This document shows positions 28,118-37,857 of a DNA stretch of 64,000 bases, piece by piece. Position 1 is the first letter of the stretch; each line of letters opens with the position of its first letter. Below the pieces are notes generated by a model. It made no database searches. It saw nothing but the letters and a program-made list of their open reading frames with translations, and was not told the origin of the DNA. The position numbers were made by a program, and so were the translations under genes. The DNA comes from Candidatus Omnitrophota bacterium (GTDB taxonomy: Bacteria > Omnitrophota > Gorgyraeia > JAHJTE01), in assembly GCA_018830005.1 (NCBI GenBank), contig JAHJTE010000001.1, positions 577,332-641,331 on the forward strand, read 5' to 3'.

Positions 28118-29287
28118 ATGAAAGAATCAAGGAAGTTCTTATTAATGGTTGCGGCATTCCTGGCATGTTTTTACCTGCCGGTTGAGCTTTTGCCTTTCAG
28201 AAATCCTATATTTGAGGCATTGGCGCTGGTTCGGTGGTACGCGAGAGAACATGTCTTGCTTTGCCTTGTACCCGCTTTTTTTATTGCCGGAGCTATTTCC
28301 GTTTTTGTCAGTCAGGCTTCAGTAATCAAATATTTCGGTGCTAAAGCTAATAAATTTCTTGCTTACAGTGTTGCTTCTGTTTCAGGGACAATACTCGCGG
28401 TTTGTTCATGCACTGTTTTGCCGTTATTCTCCGGTATTTATAAGAGGGGGGCTGGTTTGGGGCCCGCTACTGCTTTTCTCTATTCAGGGCCCGCAATAAA
28501 TGTATTGGCTATCATCATGACCGCCCGGATACTGGGCTGGGAACTTGGCCTTGCCAGAGCCGTAGGAGCGATCCTTTTTAGCGTTGCCATAGGGCTTCTC
28601 ATGCATTTTATTTTTATTAATGAAGAAAGGGTGCGCCACGCGACAGGCGATTTTGTTGCCGGTGATATAAAAGAGGGAAGGCCCCTCTTTCAAAATGCGC
28701 TATACTTTGCCTCCATGGTCGGATTCTTGGTATTCGCCAACTGGTCAAAGCCGGAAGGGGCCGCAGGGCTTTGGGCCGTTATTTACTCTGTAAAATGGTA
28801 TATTTCAGCGGGTTTTCTCGTGCTTATAGGTATAATGCTTGTCCGCTGGTTTAAAAAGGAAGAAATTACGAATTGGGTTTCCGCCTCATGGACATTTGCC
28901 AAGCAGATAATGCCGCTTCTGCTTGTAGGCGTAGTTGTAGCTGGATTACTTTTAGGACGGCCGGGACATGAAGGGTTTATCCCGTCATGGATAATCGCAA
29001 AAGCTGTGGGCGGTAATTCCCTACTATCTAATTTCCTTGCTTCAATTGTTGGTGCTTTTATGTATTTCGCCACACTTACTGAAGTTCCGATATTACAGGG
29101 CCTTATCGGTTCAGGTATGGGCAAAGGGCCTGCCTTAGCACTTCTTTTAGCCGGACCCGCGCTCAGTTTACCGAACATGCTTGTTATACGAGGTGTTATA
29201 GGCACAAAGAAAACCATCGTTTACGTCAGTCTTGTTGTGGTCATGGCAACGATAAGCGGAATATTATTCGGAGTTATTGTCAGTTAA
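28118..29287 (+). CDS. ArsP/DUF318-family permease
   Basis: AVCSCTVLPLF, FLYSGPAIN, MYFATLTEVP, LLAGPALSLP. Confidence 0.85.
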   Translation: MKESRKFLLMVAAFLACFYLPVELLPFRNPIFEALALVRWYAREHVLLCLVPAFFIAGAISVFVSQASVIKYFGAKANKFLAYSVASVSGTILAVCSCTVLPLFSGIYKRGAGLGPATAFLYSGPAINVLAIIMTARILGWELGLARAVGAILFSVAIGLLMHFIFINEERVRHATGDFVAGDIKEGRPLFQNALYFASMVGFLVFANWSKPEGAAGLWAVIYSVKWYISAGFLVLIGIMLVRWFKKEEITNWVSASWTFAKQIMPLLLVGVVVAGLLLGRPGHEGFIPSWIIAKAVGGNSLLSNFLASIVGAFMYFATLTEVPILQGLIGSGMGKGPALALLLAGPALSLPNMLVIRGVIGTKKTIVYVSLVVVMATISGILFGVIVS

Positions 29288-29300
29288 AGGAGGAATTGCT

Positions 29301-29582
29301 ATGAAGATTGAAATATTAGGAGTAGGGTGCCCTAAATGCAAACAGCTTACGGCGAACGCTGAGGCGGCTGTGAAAGAATTAAATATTCAAGCCGAGATTG
29401 GCAAGGTCACGGACATTGATAAGATTACCGAGTACGGTGTCATGATGACGCCCGGGCTTGCCATTGACGGCAAGGTGGTTTCATCCGGGAAAGTTCTCAA
29501 TAAGAATGAAATCAAATCAATCCTTTCAGGAGGCGGATGTGAGAAAAATAATTCAGGTTCTTGCGGTTGTTACGGCAATTAG
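29301..29582 (+). CDS. Small redox-active disulfide protein (MTH895/ArsE-like thioredoxin)
   Basis: AGGAGG RBS; ILGVGCPKC, YGVMMTPGLAIDGKV. Confidence 0.85.
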   Translation: MKIEILGVGCPKCKQLTANAEAAVKELNIQAEIGKVTDIDKITEYGVMMTPGLAIDGKVVSSGKVLNKNEIKSILSGGGCEKNNSGSCGCYGN

Positions 29583-29958
29583 CGCTGGATCTTTCGCTTT
29601 TGGTCAATCAAGTCCGCAGGCGAAAGTCATCGCTTATTATTTCCACGGTTCATTTCGGTGTTTTACCTGTACCAACATGGAGAAATTCACAAGAGATGCC
29701 ATTGAGACGAATTTCAAGGACGCTCTTGCTTCAGGCAATCTTGAGTTTAAGGCGGTTAATGTCGAGGAGCGTGGCAACGAGCATTTTGTGGATGATTATA
29801 AGCTGTATACCAAGTCGCTCATTCTTTCGCTGGTCAAAGACGGCAAGGAAGTTAAATCAAAAAATCTTGATAAGATTTGGGAGCTTGCCCGCAATAAACA
29901 AAAGTTTATGGATTACGTGACCGGCGAGCTAAGCGAATTTATGAAGGACACACAATAA
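29539..29958 (+). CDS. ArsF-like exported thioredoxin-fold protein
   Basis: AGGAGG + GTG 29539; signal peptide; YYFHGSFRCFTC. Confidence 0.75.
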   Translation: MRKIIQVLAVVTAISAGSFAFGQSSPQAKVIAYYFHGSFRCFTCTNMEKFTRDAIETNFKDALASGNLEFKAVNVEERGNEHFVDDYKLYTKSLILSLVKDGKEVKSKNLDKIWELARNKQKFMDYVTGELSEFMKDTQ

Positions 29959-30644
29959 TGGAGTTGTTAATCGCTTTCGGTTCTGCTTTATGGCTGGGGA
30001 TATTGACTTCTATCAGCCCATGTCCTTTGGCTACAAATATCGCGGCGGTGTCATTTCTTTCAAAAAAGATTGCTCACCCATTTATGGTTTTCGTTTCAGG
30101 GCTTGGTTATACGCTGGGCAGGATGGTTGCTTATGCGGCGCTTGGATGGGTAATTATCAGTTCTCTTTTGAGCATTCCGCAGGCCGCGCAGTTTTTGCAA
30201 AAATATATGGTCAAAGCCTTGGGGCCTATTTTGATAATTACGGGTCTCATTTTATTGGAAGTTATTAAGCTTAAATTATCTGGATTTACGTTATCACAAA
30301 AACATCATAACAAACTCGTTGAATCCGGAGCGCCAGGGGCTTTTCTTTTAGGATTGATTTTCGCGTTAGCTTTTTGTCCGGTTTCAGCGGGGCTGTTTTT
30401 CGGCAGTCTCATTCCTTTGGCGCTCAATAGTGAAGTCGGGACATTATTGCCATTTGTCTATGGAGTAGGGACAGGTCTGCCGGTGCTTATATTTGCATTA
30501 GCTATTGCTTTAGGGGTTACCTCTCTGAGCCATTGGTTTCACCGGATCACGAAAATTGAATTTTACACTCGAAGAATTACAGGGATTATCTTTATTTTTG
30601 TTGGATTGTATTATTCCGGAATTCATATCCTGAAGTTATTTTAG
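29958..30644 (+). CDS. ArsG-like / DsbD-type membrane protein
   Basis: [25 protein letters not shown]. Confidence 0.75.
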   Translation: MELLIAFGSALWLGILTSISPCPLATNIAAVSFLSKKIAHPFMVFVSGLGYTLGRMVAYAALGWVIISSLLSIPQAAQFLQKYMVKALGPILIITGLILLEVIKLKLSGFTLSQKHHNKLVESGAPGAFLLGLIFALAFCPVSAGLFFGSLIPLALNSEVGTLLPFVYGVGTGLPVLIFALAIALGVTSLSHWFHRITKIEFYTRRITGIIFIFVGLYYSGIHILKLF

Positions 30645-30657
30645 GAGAGAAGAATCG

Positions 30658-31737
30658 ATGGAGCATGTTATTCACGAGGAACGCCGGTTAGGCTTATTTG
30701 AAAAATATCTTACCGGCTGGGTTTTGCTTTGCATCGCGCTGGGAATACTACTTGGCAAAGTGTTTCCACAGGTCGCTGTCGCTCTCGATAGGATTTCGAT
30801 TTATCAAGTATCCATCCCCATCGCAATTTGTCTGTTCTTTATGATGTATCCCATCATGGTCAAAATTGATTTTGCCGAAGTTATAAAGGCAGGCAAGACC
30901 CCTAAGCCGGTAATTCTTACCCTCATTGTCAATTGGTGCATAAAGCCGTTTACGATGCTTATTATCGCATGGTTATTTCTGGGGTTATTGTTTAAAGGAT
31001 GGCTTCCGGGAATGGAGGTTGTAAAGGGAGGAGCCCAGGTAGAATTGTTCAGGTCTTATATTGCAGGATGTATTCTGCTTGGCATAGCGCCTTGTACCGC
31101 CATGGTATTAATCTGGGGACATCTTGCCAAAGGTAATGACGGCCATACACTTGTCATGGTAGCTATAAATTCCCTCACAATGCTGTTTCTTTATGCCCCA
31201 TTAGGCGGCTGGCTCTTAGGCGTAAACAAGATGCCTATACCATGGCAGACAATTGTTTTATCGGTGATTATTTATGTCGGGTTACCGCTGTTCTTAGGAT
31301 ACCACTCAAGAAAATGGATTATCGCCAAAAAGGGATTTAAATGGTTTGAAGAGAAATTTTTGCATTATCTGACGCCGATTTCAATAGGAGCGTTGCTTTT
31401 AACGCTAGTGTTGCTTTTCTCATTTAAGGGGGAGTTAATCATTAATCAACCCCAGGTTATCTTTCTTATCGCTATCCCACTTTTTATCCAAACATGTTTT
31501 ATTTTCGCCATAACATACGGGATGGCAAAATGGTTAAAGCTATCCTATAGGGATGCGGCCCCGTCAGCCTTGATAGGAGCGAGCAATCACTTTGAGGTAG
31601 CAATCGCTACTTCAACGATTCTTTTTGGATTTTCTTCGGGGGCGTCTTTAGCCACAGTTGTAGGTGTCTTAATTGAGGTGCCGGTTATGCTGATGCTGGT
31701 CAAAATTTGTTTAAGTACGAAAAGCTGGTTTGTTTAG
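30658..31737 (+). CDS. acr3: Acr3 arsenite efflux transporter
   Basis: [42 protein letters not shown]. Confidence 0.95.
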   Translation: MEHVIHEERRLGLFEKYLTGWVLLCIALGILLGKVFPQVAVALDRISIYQVSIPIAICLFFMMYPIMVKIDFAEVIKAGKTPKPVILTLIVNWCIKPFTMLIIAWLFLGLLFKGWLPGMEVVKGGAQVELFRSYIAGCILLGIAPCTAMVLIWGHLAKGNDGHTLVMVAINSLTMLFLYAPLGGWLLGVNKMPIPWQTIVLSVIIYVGLPLFLGYHSRKWIIAKKGFKWFEEKFLHYLTPISIGALLLTLVLLFSFKGELIINQPQVIFLIAIPLFIQTCFIFAITYGMAKWLKLSYRDAAPSALIGASNHFEVAIATSTILFGFSSGASLATVVGVLIEVPVMLMLVKICLSTKSWFV

Positions 31738-31750
31738 GGAAGGGGATACT

Positions 31751-32176
31751 ATGGATAAAAAGAAAGTTTTATTTATTTGTGTGCATAATTCAGCGCGGAG
31801 CCAAATGGCGGAGGCGTTTCTCAAAAAATACGGCGGAGATCGCTTTGAGGTCGAGAGCGCGGGGCTTGAGCCGGGCAAATTGAATCCTATAGTTGTTGAG
31901 GCCATGAAGGAAGCCGAAATTGATATATCGCAAAATAAGACCAAAAGCGTCTTTGATTTCTATAAACAAGGAAAACAATACGATTATGTAGTAACAGTCT
32001 GCGATGAGTCGCAGTCGGGCGCGTGCCCGGTATTCCCAGGCAAGGGTAAGCGACTTCACTGGGGGTTTGATGATCCTTCGGGATTTGATGGGTCGCGTGA
32101 AGAAAAATTGAGACAGACACGCGTAGTAAGAGATGCGATAAGAGATCGGGTCAAGACATGGCTTAGGGAGTTTTAA
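31751..32176 (+). CDS. arsC: Thioredoxin-coupled arsenate reductase (LMW-PTP fold)
   Basis: [33 protein letters not shown]. Confidence 0.9.
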   Translation: MDKKKVLFICVHNSARSQMAEAFLKKYGGDRFEVESAGLEPGKLNPIVVEAMKEAEIDISQNKTKSVFDFYKQGKQYDYVVTVCDESQSGACPVFPGKGKRLHWGFDDPSGFDGSREEKLRQTRVVRDAIRDRVKTWLREF

Positions 32177-32200
32177 CGGTATAGTTCCCGCTAAAATCTC

Positions 32201-32427
32201 TGTTCTACAAAACCGAACACTTGTTCTATATCATAGAACACCCTGTCGCAAAACTTGCATACTTTTTGCGACAACACACTACCGTCATCCCCGCCCCCGC
32301 TTTCGCGGGGATAAACTCCAGCGGGGACCCATTTGTCACAAATAATATGCACTTTTTGTGACAAAGTAACTCCTCATGCACTCGTACAAATTATCTATAT
32401 TTATCTATAACTAGTGATATTTTGTAC
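32201..32427. repeat. Cluster of palindromes, including a second REP-like unit (32284-32331)
   Basis: TGTTCTAT/ATAGAACA, TGTCGCAAAA/TTTTGCGACA, TTTGTCACAAA/TTTGTGACAAA, GTACAAA/TTTGTAC; gtcatccccgccccc...taaactccagcgggga. Confidence 0.7.
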
Positions 32428-32471
32428 AATTTCTGCAAAAAAGCCTTTCCAACCCACACCAAAGAAAACCC

Positions 32472-32522
32472 TTGACATTAATGTTCAGTTAGCGTATATT
32501 GTTCAGTAGTTACTGAACAATA
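32472..32522 (+). promoter_or_regulatory. Promoter with autoregulatory inverted repeat of the AbiE-like operon
   Basis: TTGACA 32472, 17 bp, TATATT 32495; perfect IR TATTGTTCAGTA/TACTGAACAATA 32497-32522. Confidence 0.75.
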
Positions 32523-32538
32523 AAAAGGAGTGAACATT

Positions 32539-33225
32539 ATGAATAACCATACAAATGGAACAAATATTTTTGCCGATAAGGCGACCATTATCTTAAGAAA
32601 AATGCTGTCTGATCCTGAAAAGAAATGGGTTACGCGCGACTTTACAGGTGATGACGGGGTAAGCCTTGGAATGGCGCAAGGAGCGCTTGAAGCCATGGAG
32701 AAGAAGGGTTATATTGAGCGGGTCAAACGCGGCCCCGATAGCCACGCACTTCTTACGAACAAAGATAAGCTTATCAGCGATTGGGTCGCAGAGTACCAAT
32801 TTGAATTAAACAAAGTCGATACCTATTATTCTCCGGACAAAAATATCTTATCAAAGCTTAAGGATTATCTACAAGATAAGTCATACGCGCTTACGCTTCA
32901 TTCCGGAGCCAATCTGATGACTTCCTTTGTAGCCACAGATCAGGTCTATCTGTATTTTTATCCTGAAGACTGGAATAAGGATATTCTCGAGTTGCGCCAA
33001 CAGCTTGATTTAAAGGAACTCGTAAGGGGCGGTAATGTTCATATTATCCGTCCGTATTACAAAATAAGCGCATTTTATGGCGCCCAGACAATAAAAGGAT
33101 ATAAGGTTGTTTCTAATTTGCAGCTTTATCTGGACCTCTACAACTTTAAACCTCGCGGCCGTGAGCATGCACAACACCTTAAAGAATATCTGCAAGAGAA
33201 GGGAAAGAATTTGTATGAATCTTGA
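32539..33225 (+). CDS. Type IV TA antitoxin, AbiEi-like (N-terminal wHTH)
   Basis: VSLGMAQGAL..MEKKGYI HTH; YALT..SGA; VSNLQLYLDL...RGREHA. Confidence 0.8.
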   Translation: MNNHTNGTNIFADKATIILRKMLSDPEKKWVTRDFTGDDGVSLGMAQGALEAMEKKGYIERVKRGPDSHALLTNKDKLISDWVAEYQFELNKVDTYYSPDKNILSKLKDYLQDKSYALTLHSGANLMTSFVATDQVYLYFYPEDWNKDILELRQQLDLKELVRGGNVHIIRPYYKISAFYGAQTIKGYKVVSNLQLYLDLYNFKPRGREHAQHLKEYLQEKGKNLYES

Positions 33226-34012
33226 GAAAATCGAAGCCGTATTTTTCAATGTGCTTGAAGATATAAGCGATTATCTTCCGGATCTCACCCTTGTTGGAGG
33301 GTGGATGCCGTATGTTTACTCAAATTATCTTTGGAAGAAATCAGTTCGCAATCCGGTAGTTACGGTTGACATAGATTTTGGCGTGGATGAATCTGTTAGC
33401 GGAAAATATCCAAAGACAATTTTTGAAACACTCTCTTCATTAGATTACAAAGAACGTCATCCGAAGATGGACAGGCTATTTCCTGTTGTGCTGTATAAAG
33501 AGAAAATCCCGGTAGAATTTATTACATATCCTGCCGTTGATATTAAGGCAATCGAGAAGATGGTCGGCCAGCAAATTCAGATAAACAAGATAGAAAAATT
33601 TGATTTTCTCTTAAAGCACAGGATTCCGGTAAGCATTCAAACTAAAAAAAAGAGCAAAACCTATACTTTGAATTGCCCGAGACCATCAGCTTTTTTATAT
33701 CACAAGGGCGCAACTTTTATTGATAGAGAGAACCAAGAGAAACAGGCCAAAGATTTATATTATATGTATTTCATTTTGCGCTATGCGCCTGATATTGATG
33801 TGATTTTGCAGGAAGTATCCCAGTATAAACAAAAGGGATATTTAGTAAATACCGCGGATAACATAAATAAATTTTTCGAAAGGGTCTCAAGCCAGGGCTG
33901 TCTTCTAATAGAGCAGGAAAACGGCCCCGACGAATTCATTCACGACGTGCGGCAGGATATTTTTGATAGATTTAAACGCCTAAGAGATGTATTGCAAGGG
34001 ACTATCAAGTGA
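33215..34012 (+). CDS. Nucleotidyltransferase-fold toxin (AbiEii-like)
   Basis: LVGGW, TVDIDF, AFLYHKG, KQAKDLYY; overlaps antitoxin. Confidence 0.8.
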   Translation: MNLEKIEAVFFNVLEDISDYLPDLTLVGGWMPYVYSNYLWKKSVRNPVVTVDIDFGVDESVSGKYPKTIFETLSSLDYKERHPKMDRLFPVVLYKEKIPVEFITYPAVDIKAIEKMVGQQIQINKIEKFDFLLKHRIPVSIQTKKKSKTYTLNCPRPSAFLYHKGATFIDRENQEKQAKDLYYMYFILRYAPDIDVILQEVSQYKQKGYLVNTADNINKFFERVSSQGCLLIEQENGPDEFIHDVRQDIFDRFKRLRDVLQGTIK

Positions 34013-34698
34013 AAGTCTACGCCGTCGGAGATATTCACGGCGCTTACAAGGCGCTCATACAGTGTTTTAAGCGCTCAGAATTCGACTATAAGAAAGACCG
34101 CTTGATAGTGATGGGGGATGTTTGCGATGGGTATCCGGACGTTAAACAGTGCATCGATGAACTTTTGAAGATTAAACACTGCGATCTGGTCATTGGCAAT
34201 CATGATATGTGGGCGCTGGATTGGGCGCTTAAAGGTGATAAGCCGGAGATATGGACAAGCCAGGGCGGTGACCGGACTATGGCCTCTTATAACGGCGGTC
34301 CTATGCCGCAGGCGCATATTGATTTCTTGAAGAATGGCCAGCTTTGGATCGAACGCGATGAACAAATCTTTGTGCATGGAGGATTCAATACGGATCTATT
34401 ACTTAAAAGCCATAGCGTGGATGCTTTGGTCTGGGATAGAACCCTTCTTGATATGGCTTGGAAGATGGAAATAGCTAGCCGTAAACGTCAGTTAGGTAAG
34501 TATAAGGATATATTTGTCGGCCATACGACAACAGAGCTTTACAATACACTACAGCCGATTCATGTATGTAATGTCTGGAATATTGATACCGGCGCAGGCT
34601 GGTCAGGAAAACTTACGATTATGGATGTTGATACAAAGAAATACTGGCAGTCGGACTTATCACCGGATTTATATGGTGGGACGCCGGATAATTTGTAA
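34009..34698 (+). CDS. Ser/Thr-phosphatase-like metallophosphoesterase
   Basis: GDIHG, GDVCD, GNHD, FVHGG, GHT, IDTGAG. Confidence 0.9.
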   Translation: MKVYAVGDIHGAYKALIQCFKRSEFDYKKDRLIVMGDVCDGYPDVKQCIDELLKIKHCDLVIGNHDMWALDWALKGDKPEIWTSQGGDRTMASYNGGPMPQAHIDFLKNGQLWIERDEQIFVHGGFNTDLLLKSHSVDALVWDRTLLDMAWKMEIASRKRQLGKYKDIFVGHTTTELYNTLQPIHVCNVWNIDTGAGWSGKLTIMDVDTKKYWQSDLSPDLYGGTPDNL

Positions 34699-34799
34699 AT
34701 TTTATTCCGGACATTATTTCGGACATTTATCGGCCATTTCGGACAATTGAAAGATGAGCCTAAGGGGACATAAAAGGGACAAATAAGCAGGATCTTATT

Positions 34800-35360
34800 A
34801 TGAACTACTGGTGGACAGCAGATTATCACTTTTCGCATTTCAATATCATTCGCTATTGCGAGCGGCCTTTTAAAACGGCTGAAGAAATGAATAGGGTGAT
34901 TATCCGCAAACATAACGAGAGGGTGAAACCCGAAGATACGGTATTCTTTCTGGGTGATTTTATCTTTAAGGGCGGGAAAGAAGGCGGAGAAGAGAGGTAT
35001 CGTGAGTTTGAGAAGAAACTAAACGGGAAGTTTATTTTCATCAAGGGTAATCACGACCGTAACAACAGCCTTAAGACGATCATTACAAAGATGTATATTC
35101 ACTACGGCTCAAAGGATATCTGCATGACGCACCGTCCGGAGAATGCTGACCCGGACGTGCCGCTTAATTTCTGCGGCCATGTTCATCAGCATTACAAGAT
35201 AAAACGCCTGAATGACAAGTCCTTAATCGTGAACCTTTCGGTTGAGGTTTGGAATTATTATCCGGTCTCATTTAATGAGATAAGCTCCGCTGTTTCAGCG
35301 TTTAAGAGGGAAGAAAGAAAAGCTGAGGTGGTTGAGGCTAATACAGGACATAAAGAATGA
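34800..35360 (+). CDS. Calcineurin-like metallophosphoesterase (phage-associated type)
   Basis: ADYHFSHFNII, LGDF, GNHD, THRP, GHVH. Confidence 0.85.
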   Translation: MNYWWTADYHFSHFNIIRYCERPFKTAEEMNRVIIRKHNERVKPEDTVFFLGDFIFKGGKEGGEERYREFEKKLNGKFIFIKGNHDRNNSLKTIITKMYIHYGSKDICMTHRPENADPDVPLNFCGHVHQHYKIKRLNDKSLIVNLSVEVWNYYPVSFNEISSAVSAFKREERKAEVVEANTGHKE

Positions 35361-35824
35361 CGAAAAAAACTTTTAGACATTCAGCAGGGTTTGGGAAAAG
35401 GATTGAATATTGGGTTATCGGCCTGATGCTTAAAGAAGGGATTGATGTTTATGTGCCTTTAGTCGATGATGATGCGATCGACGCGGTTATAAAGAAACCT
35501 GATGGAACGTTTATTGAAGTTCAAATAAAGGCAAGGTCTAAAACCGTTAAAATGGGAGATGGAGCTCTATTTGCGGCCATTACACATGAGGCGCGTAAAG
35601 ATTATTACTTTGTGTTTTATTCTGAACGCTTGGATACTTTTTGGATAATGTCATCAGAGGAATTCATTAAGGAATCTGTTCAAAATAAATCAGGCAAAAA
35701 TGCCGGATTAAGATCGATCTGGTTTAATGGTAAACGCAAAAATAAAGAAACAGGCGAGTACAAAGAACATATTCATGAACGTTTCAAAAAATATGTAGTA
35801 AAAGATTTCTCAAGATTTAAATAA
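35357..35824 (+). CDS. PD-(D/E)XK nuclease-like protein
   Basis: GKRIEY, VDDDAID, IEVQIKARS. Confidence 0.7.
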   Translation: MTKKTFRHSAGFGKRIEYWVIGLMLKEGIDVYVPLVDDDAIDAVIKKPDGTFIEVQIKARSKTVKMGDGALFAAITHEARKDYYFVFYSERLDTFWIMSSEEFIKESVQNKSGKNAGLRSIWFNGKRKNKETGEYKEHIHERFKKYVVKDFSRFK

Positions 35825-35850
35825 ATTTTTGTGAGGAGAAGAGAAAATCT

Positions 35851-37857
35851 ATGACCATAAATTTTAAAGAAAGAGCAAATTTTATCTGGAGTATTGCTGA
35901 TCTTCTGCGAGGTGATTATAAGCAGTCGGAATACGGTCGGGTGATTTTGCCGCTCACGGTCCTGCGTCGCTTGGATTGCGTACTTGAACCAACAAAAGAG
36001 AAGGTTTTGTCGTATCTTCCACAGGTTAAAAGCTTATCCCCGGGAGCTGCTGAAACCGTTCTAAAGAAAAAGGCGAAGTTGTCTTTCTACAATAAGAGCA
36101 AGTTTGATTTTCGAAAGCTAATCGCTGACCCGAATGATATCGCCGCTAATCTCAGAAATTACATCAATGGGTTTTCCAAAAATGCCCGCAGTATCCTAGA
36201 ACACTTCAATTTTGATGACCATATTGAGCGGCTCGATAAATCTAACCTATTGTATATGGTTGTTAAGCGCTTTGCCGATGTGGATTTGCATCCCGAAGCA
36301 GTTGCTAATATTGAAATGGGTTATATTTTTGAGGAGCTTATCCGGAAATTCGCCGATCTTTCCAATGAGACAGCGGGGGAACATTTCACGCCTCGAGAGG
36401 TTATCAGGCTTATGGTTAATATCCTTTTTTTAAATGACAAAGAGATTCTTACAAAGAAAGGTATTGTTAAGACGCTCTTTGATCCTGCCTGCGGAACTGG
36501 CGGCATGCTTTCCGTGGCAGAAGAGTATCTGCGCGAGCTCAATCCAGATGCGGATCTGCGAGTGTTCGGGCAAGAGCTCAATCCTGAATCGTACGCCATT
36601 TGCAACTCTGACATGCTCATCAAGGGACAGAATACGGAGCATATCAAGTTTGGCAATTCCTTCACCCAAGATGGGCTTAAAGACGAAAAATTTGATTATA
36701 TGTTGAGCAATCCTCCTTTTGGCGTGGAGTGGAAGAAAATTAAAGACGAGATCACCAAAGAATATGAACAATTGGGTTTTTCCGGGCGTTTCGGTGCAGG
36801 GCTCCCGCGTATCAGCGACGGTTCATTTCTCTTTCTTCAGCACATGATTTCTAAGATGCGTCCGGAAGATGGCGGCGCACGGCTCGGGATTGTTTTTAAC
36901 GGATCTCCCTTGTTTTCAGGTGGGGCCGGAAGCGGTGAAAGCGAAATCCGCAAATGGATTATCGAGCATGATATGCTTGAGGCAATTATTGCCTTGCCAG
37001 ATCAGCTTTTTTATAACACAGGCATATCGACTTACATATGGATAGTTACCAATCGCAAAGAGAAAGAACGCAAAGGCAAAATTCAGCTTATCAATGCGGT
37101 TGAGTTTTTTGTCAAAATGGCCCGCAGCCTCGGGAATAAACGCAATGAAATTAGCGATGAGCATATCGCTAAAATTACTAAGATTTACGGAGAGTTTAAG
37201 CAGGGAGAATACTGTAAAATATTTCCCAATAAATATTTTGGCTATACGCGCGTAACAGTTGAGAGGCCTTTACGTCTTAATTTCCAGATATCCAAGGAGC
37301 GGATGGATAGGCTTAGCGAGCAGAGTGTTTTTATTAATCTCGCTAAGTCTAAGAAGAAAGGCAAAGCTGGTTTGAAGGAAGCTGAAGAAGGCGAAAAACT
37401 GCAAAAAGAGATTAAAACTATGCTTTCGCAGATGGACGCATCCAAGGTTTACAAGAACAGACAGCAATTTATAGAGGCTATTGAAGAAGCAATTAACAAA
37501 AGGGAACTTAAGGTCAAAGCGCCGGTTATGAAAGCCATCATGGACGCTCTTTGTGAGCGTGATGAAACTGCTGACGTTTGTTTAGATAAAGATGGAAAGC
37601 CAGAGTCTGATACAGAATTGCGCGATTGTGAAAATGTTCCCTTGCTTGAGGATATCGATGCCTATTTCAAGCGTGAAGTCCTACCTCATGTGCCGGATGC
37701 ATGGATGGACAGGAGCAAAGACAAGGTTGGCTATGAGATTAATCTTACCAAAGAGTTTTATAAATACAAACCGTTAAGGTCGCTTGAAGATATTCGCAAA
37801 GATATCCTGGCTTTGGAGAAAGAGACCGAAGGACTGATGGATCAGGTGTTGGAATAA
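35851..37857 (+). CDS. hsdM: Type I restriction-modification methyltransferase
   Basis: IWSIADLLRG, AGEHFTPREV, DPACGTGGML, NPPF. Confidence 0.95.
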   Translation: MTINFKERANFIWSIADLLRGDYKQSEYGRVILPLTVLRRLDCVLEPTKEKVLSYLPQVKSLSPGAAETVLKKKAKLSFYNKSKFDFRKLIADPNDIAANLRNYINGFSKNARSILEHFNFDDHIERLDKSNLLYMVVKRFADVDLHPEAVANIEMGYIFEELIRKFADLSNETAGEHFTPREVIRLMVNILFLNDKEILTKKGIVKTLFDPACGTGGMLSVAEEYLRELNPDADLRVFGQELNPESYAICNSDMLIKGQNTEHIKFGNSFTQDGLKDEKFDYMLSNPPFGVEWKKIKDEITKEYEQLGFSGRFGAGLPRISDGSFLFLQHMISKMRPEDGGARLGIVFNGSPLFSGGAGSGESEIRKWIIEHDMLEAIIALPDQLFYNTGISTYIWIVTNRKEKERKGKIQLINAVEFFVKMARSLGNKRNEISDEHIAKITKIYGEFKQGEYCKIFPNKYFGYTRVTVERPLRLNFQISKERMDRLSEQSVFINLAKSKKKGKAGLKEAEEGEKLQKEIKTMLSQMDASKVYKNRQQFIEAIEEAINKRELKVKAPVMKAIMDALCERDETADVCLDKDGKPESDTELRDCENVPLLEDIDAYFKREVLPHVPDAWMDRSKDKVGYEINLTKEFYKYKPLRSLEDIRKDILALEKETEGLMDQVLE

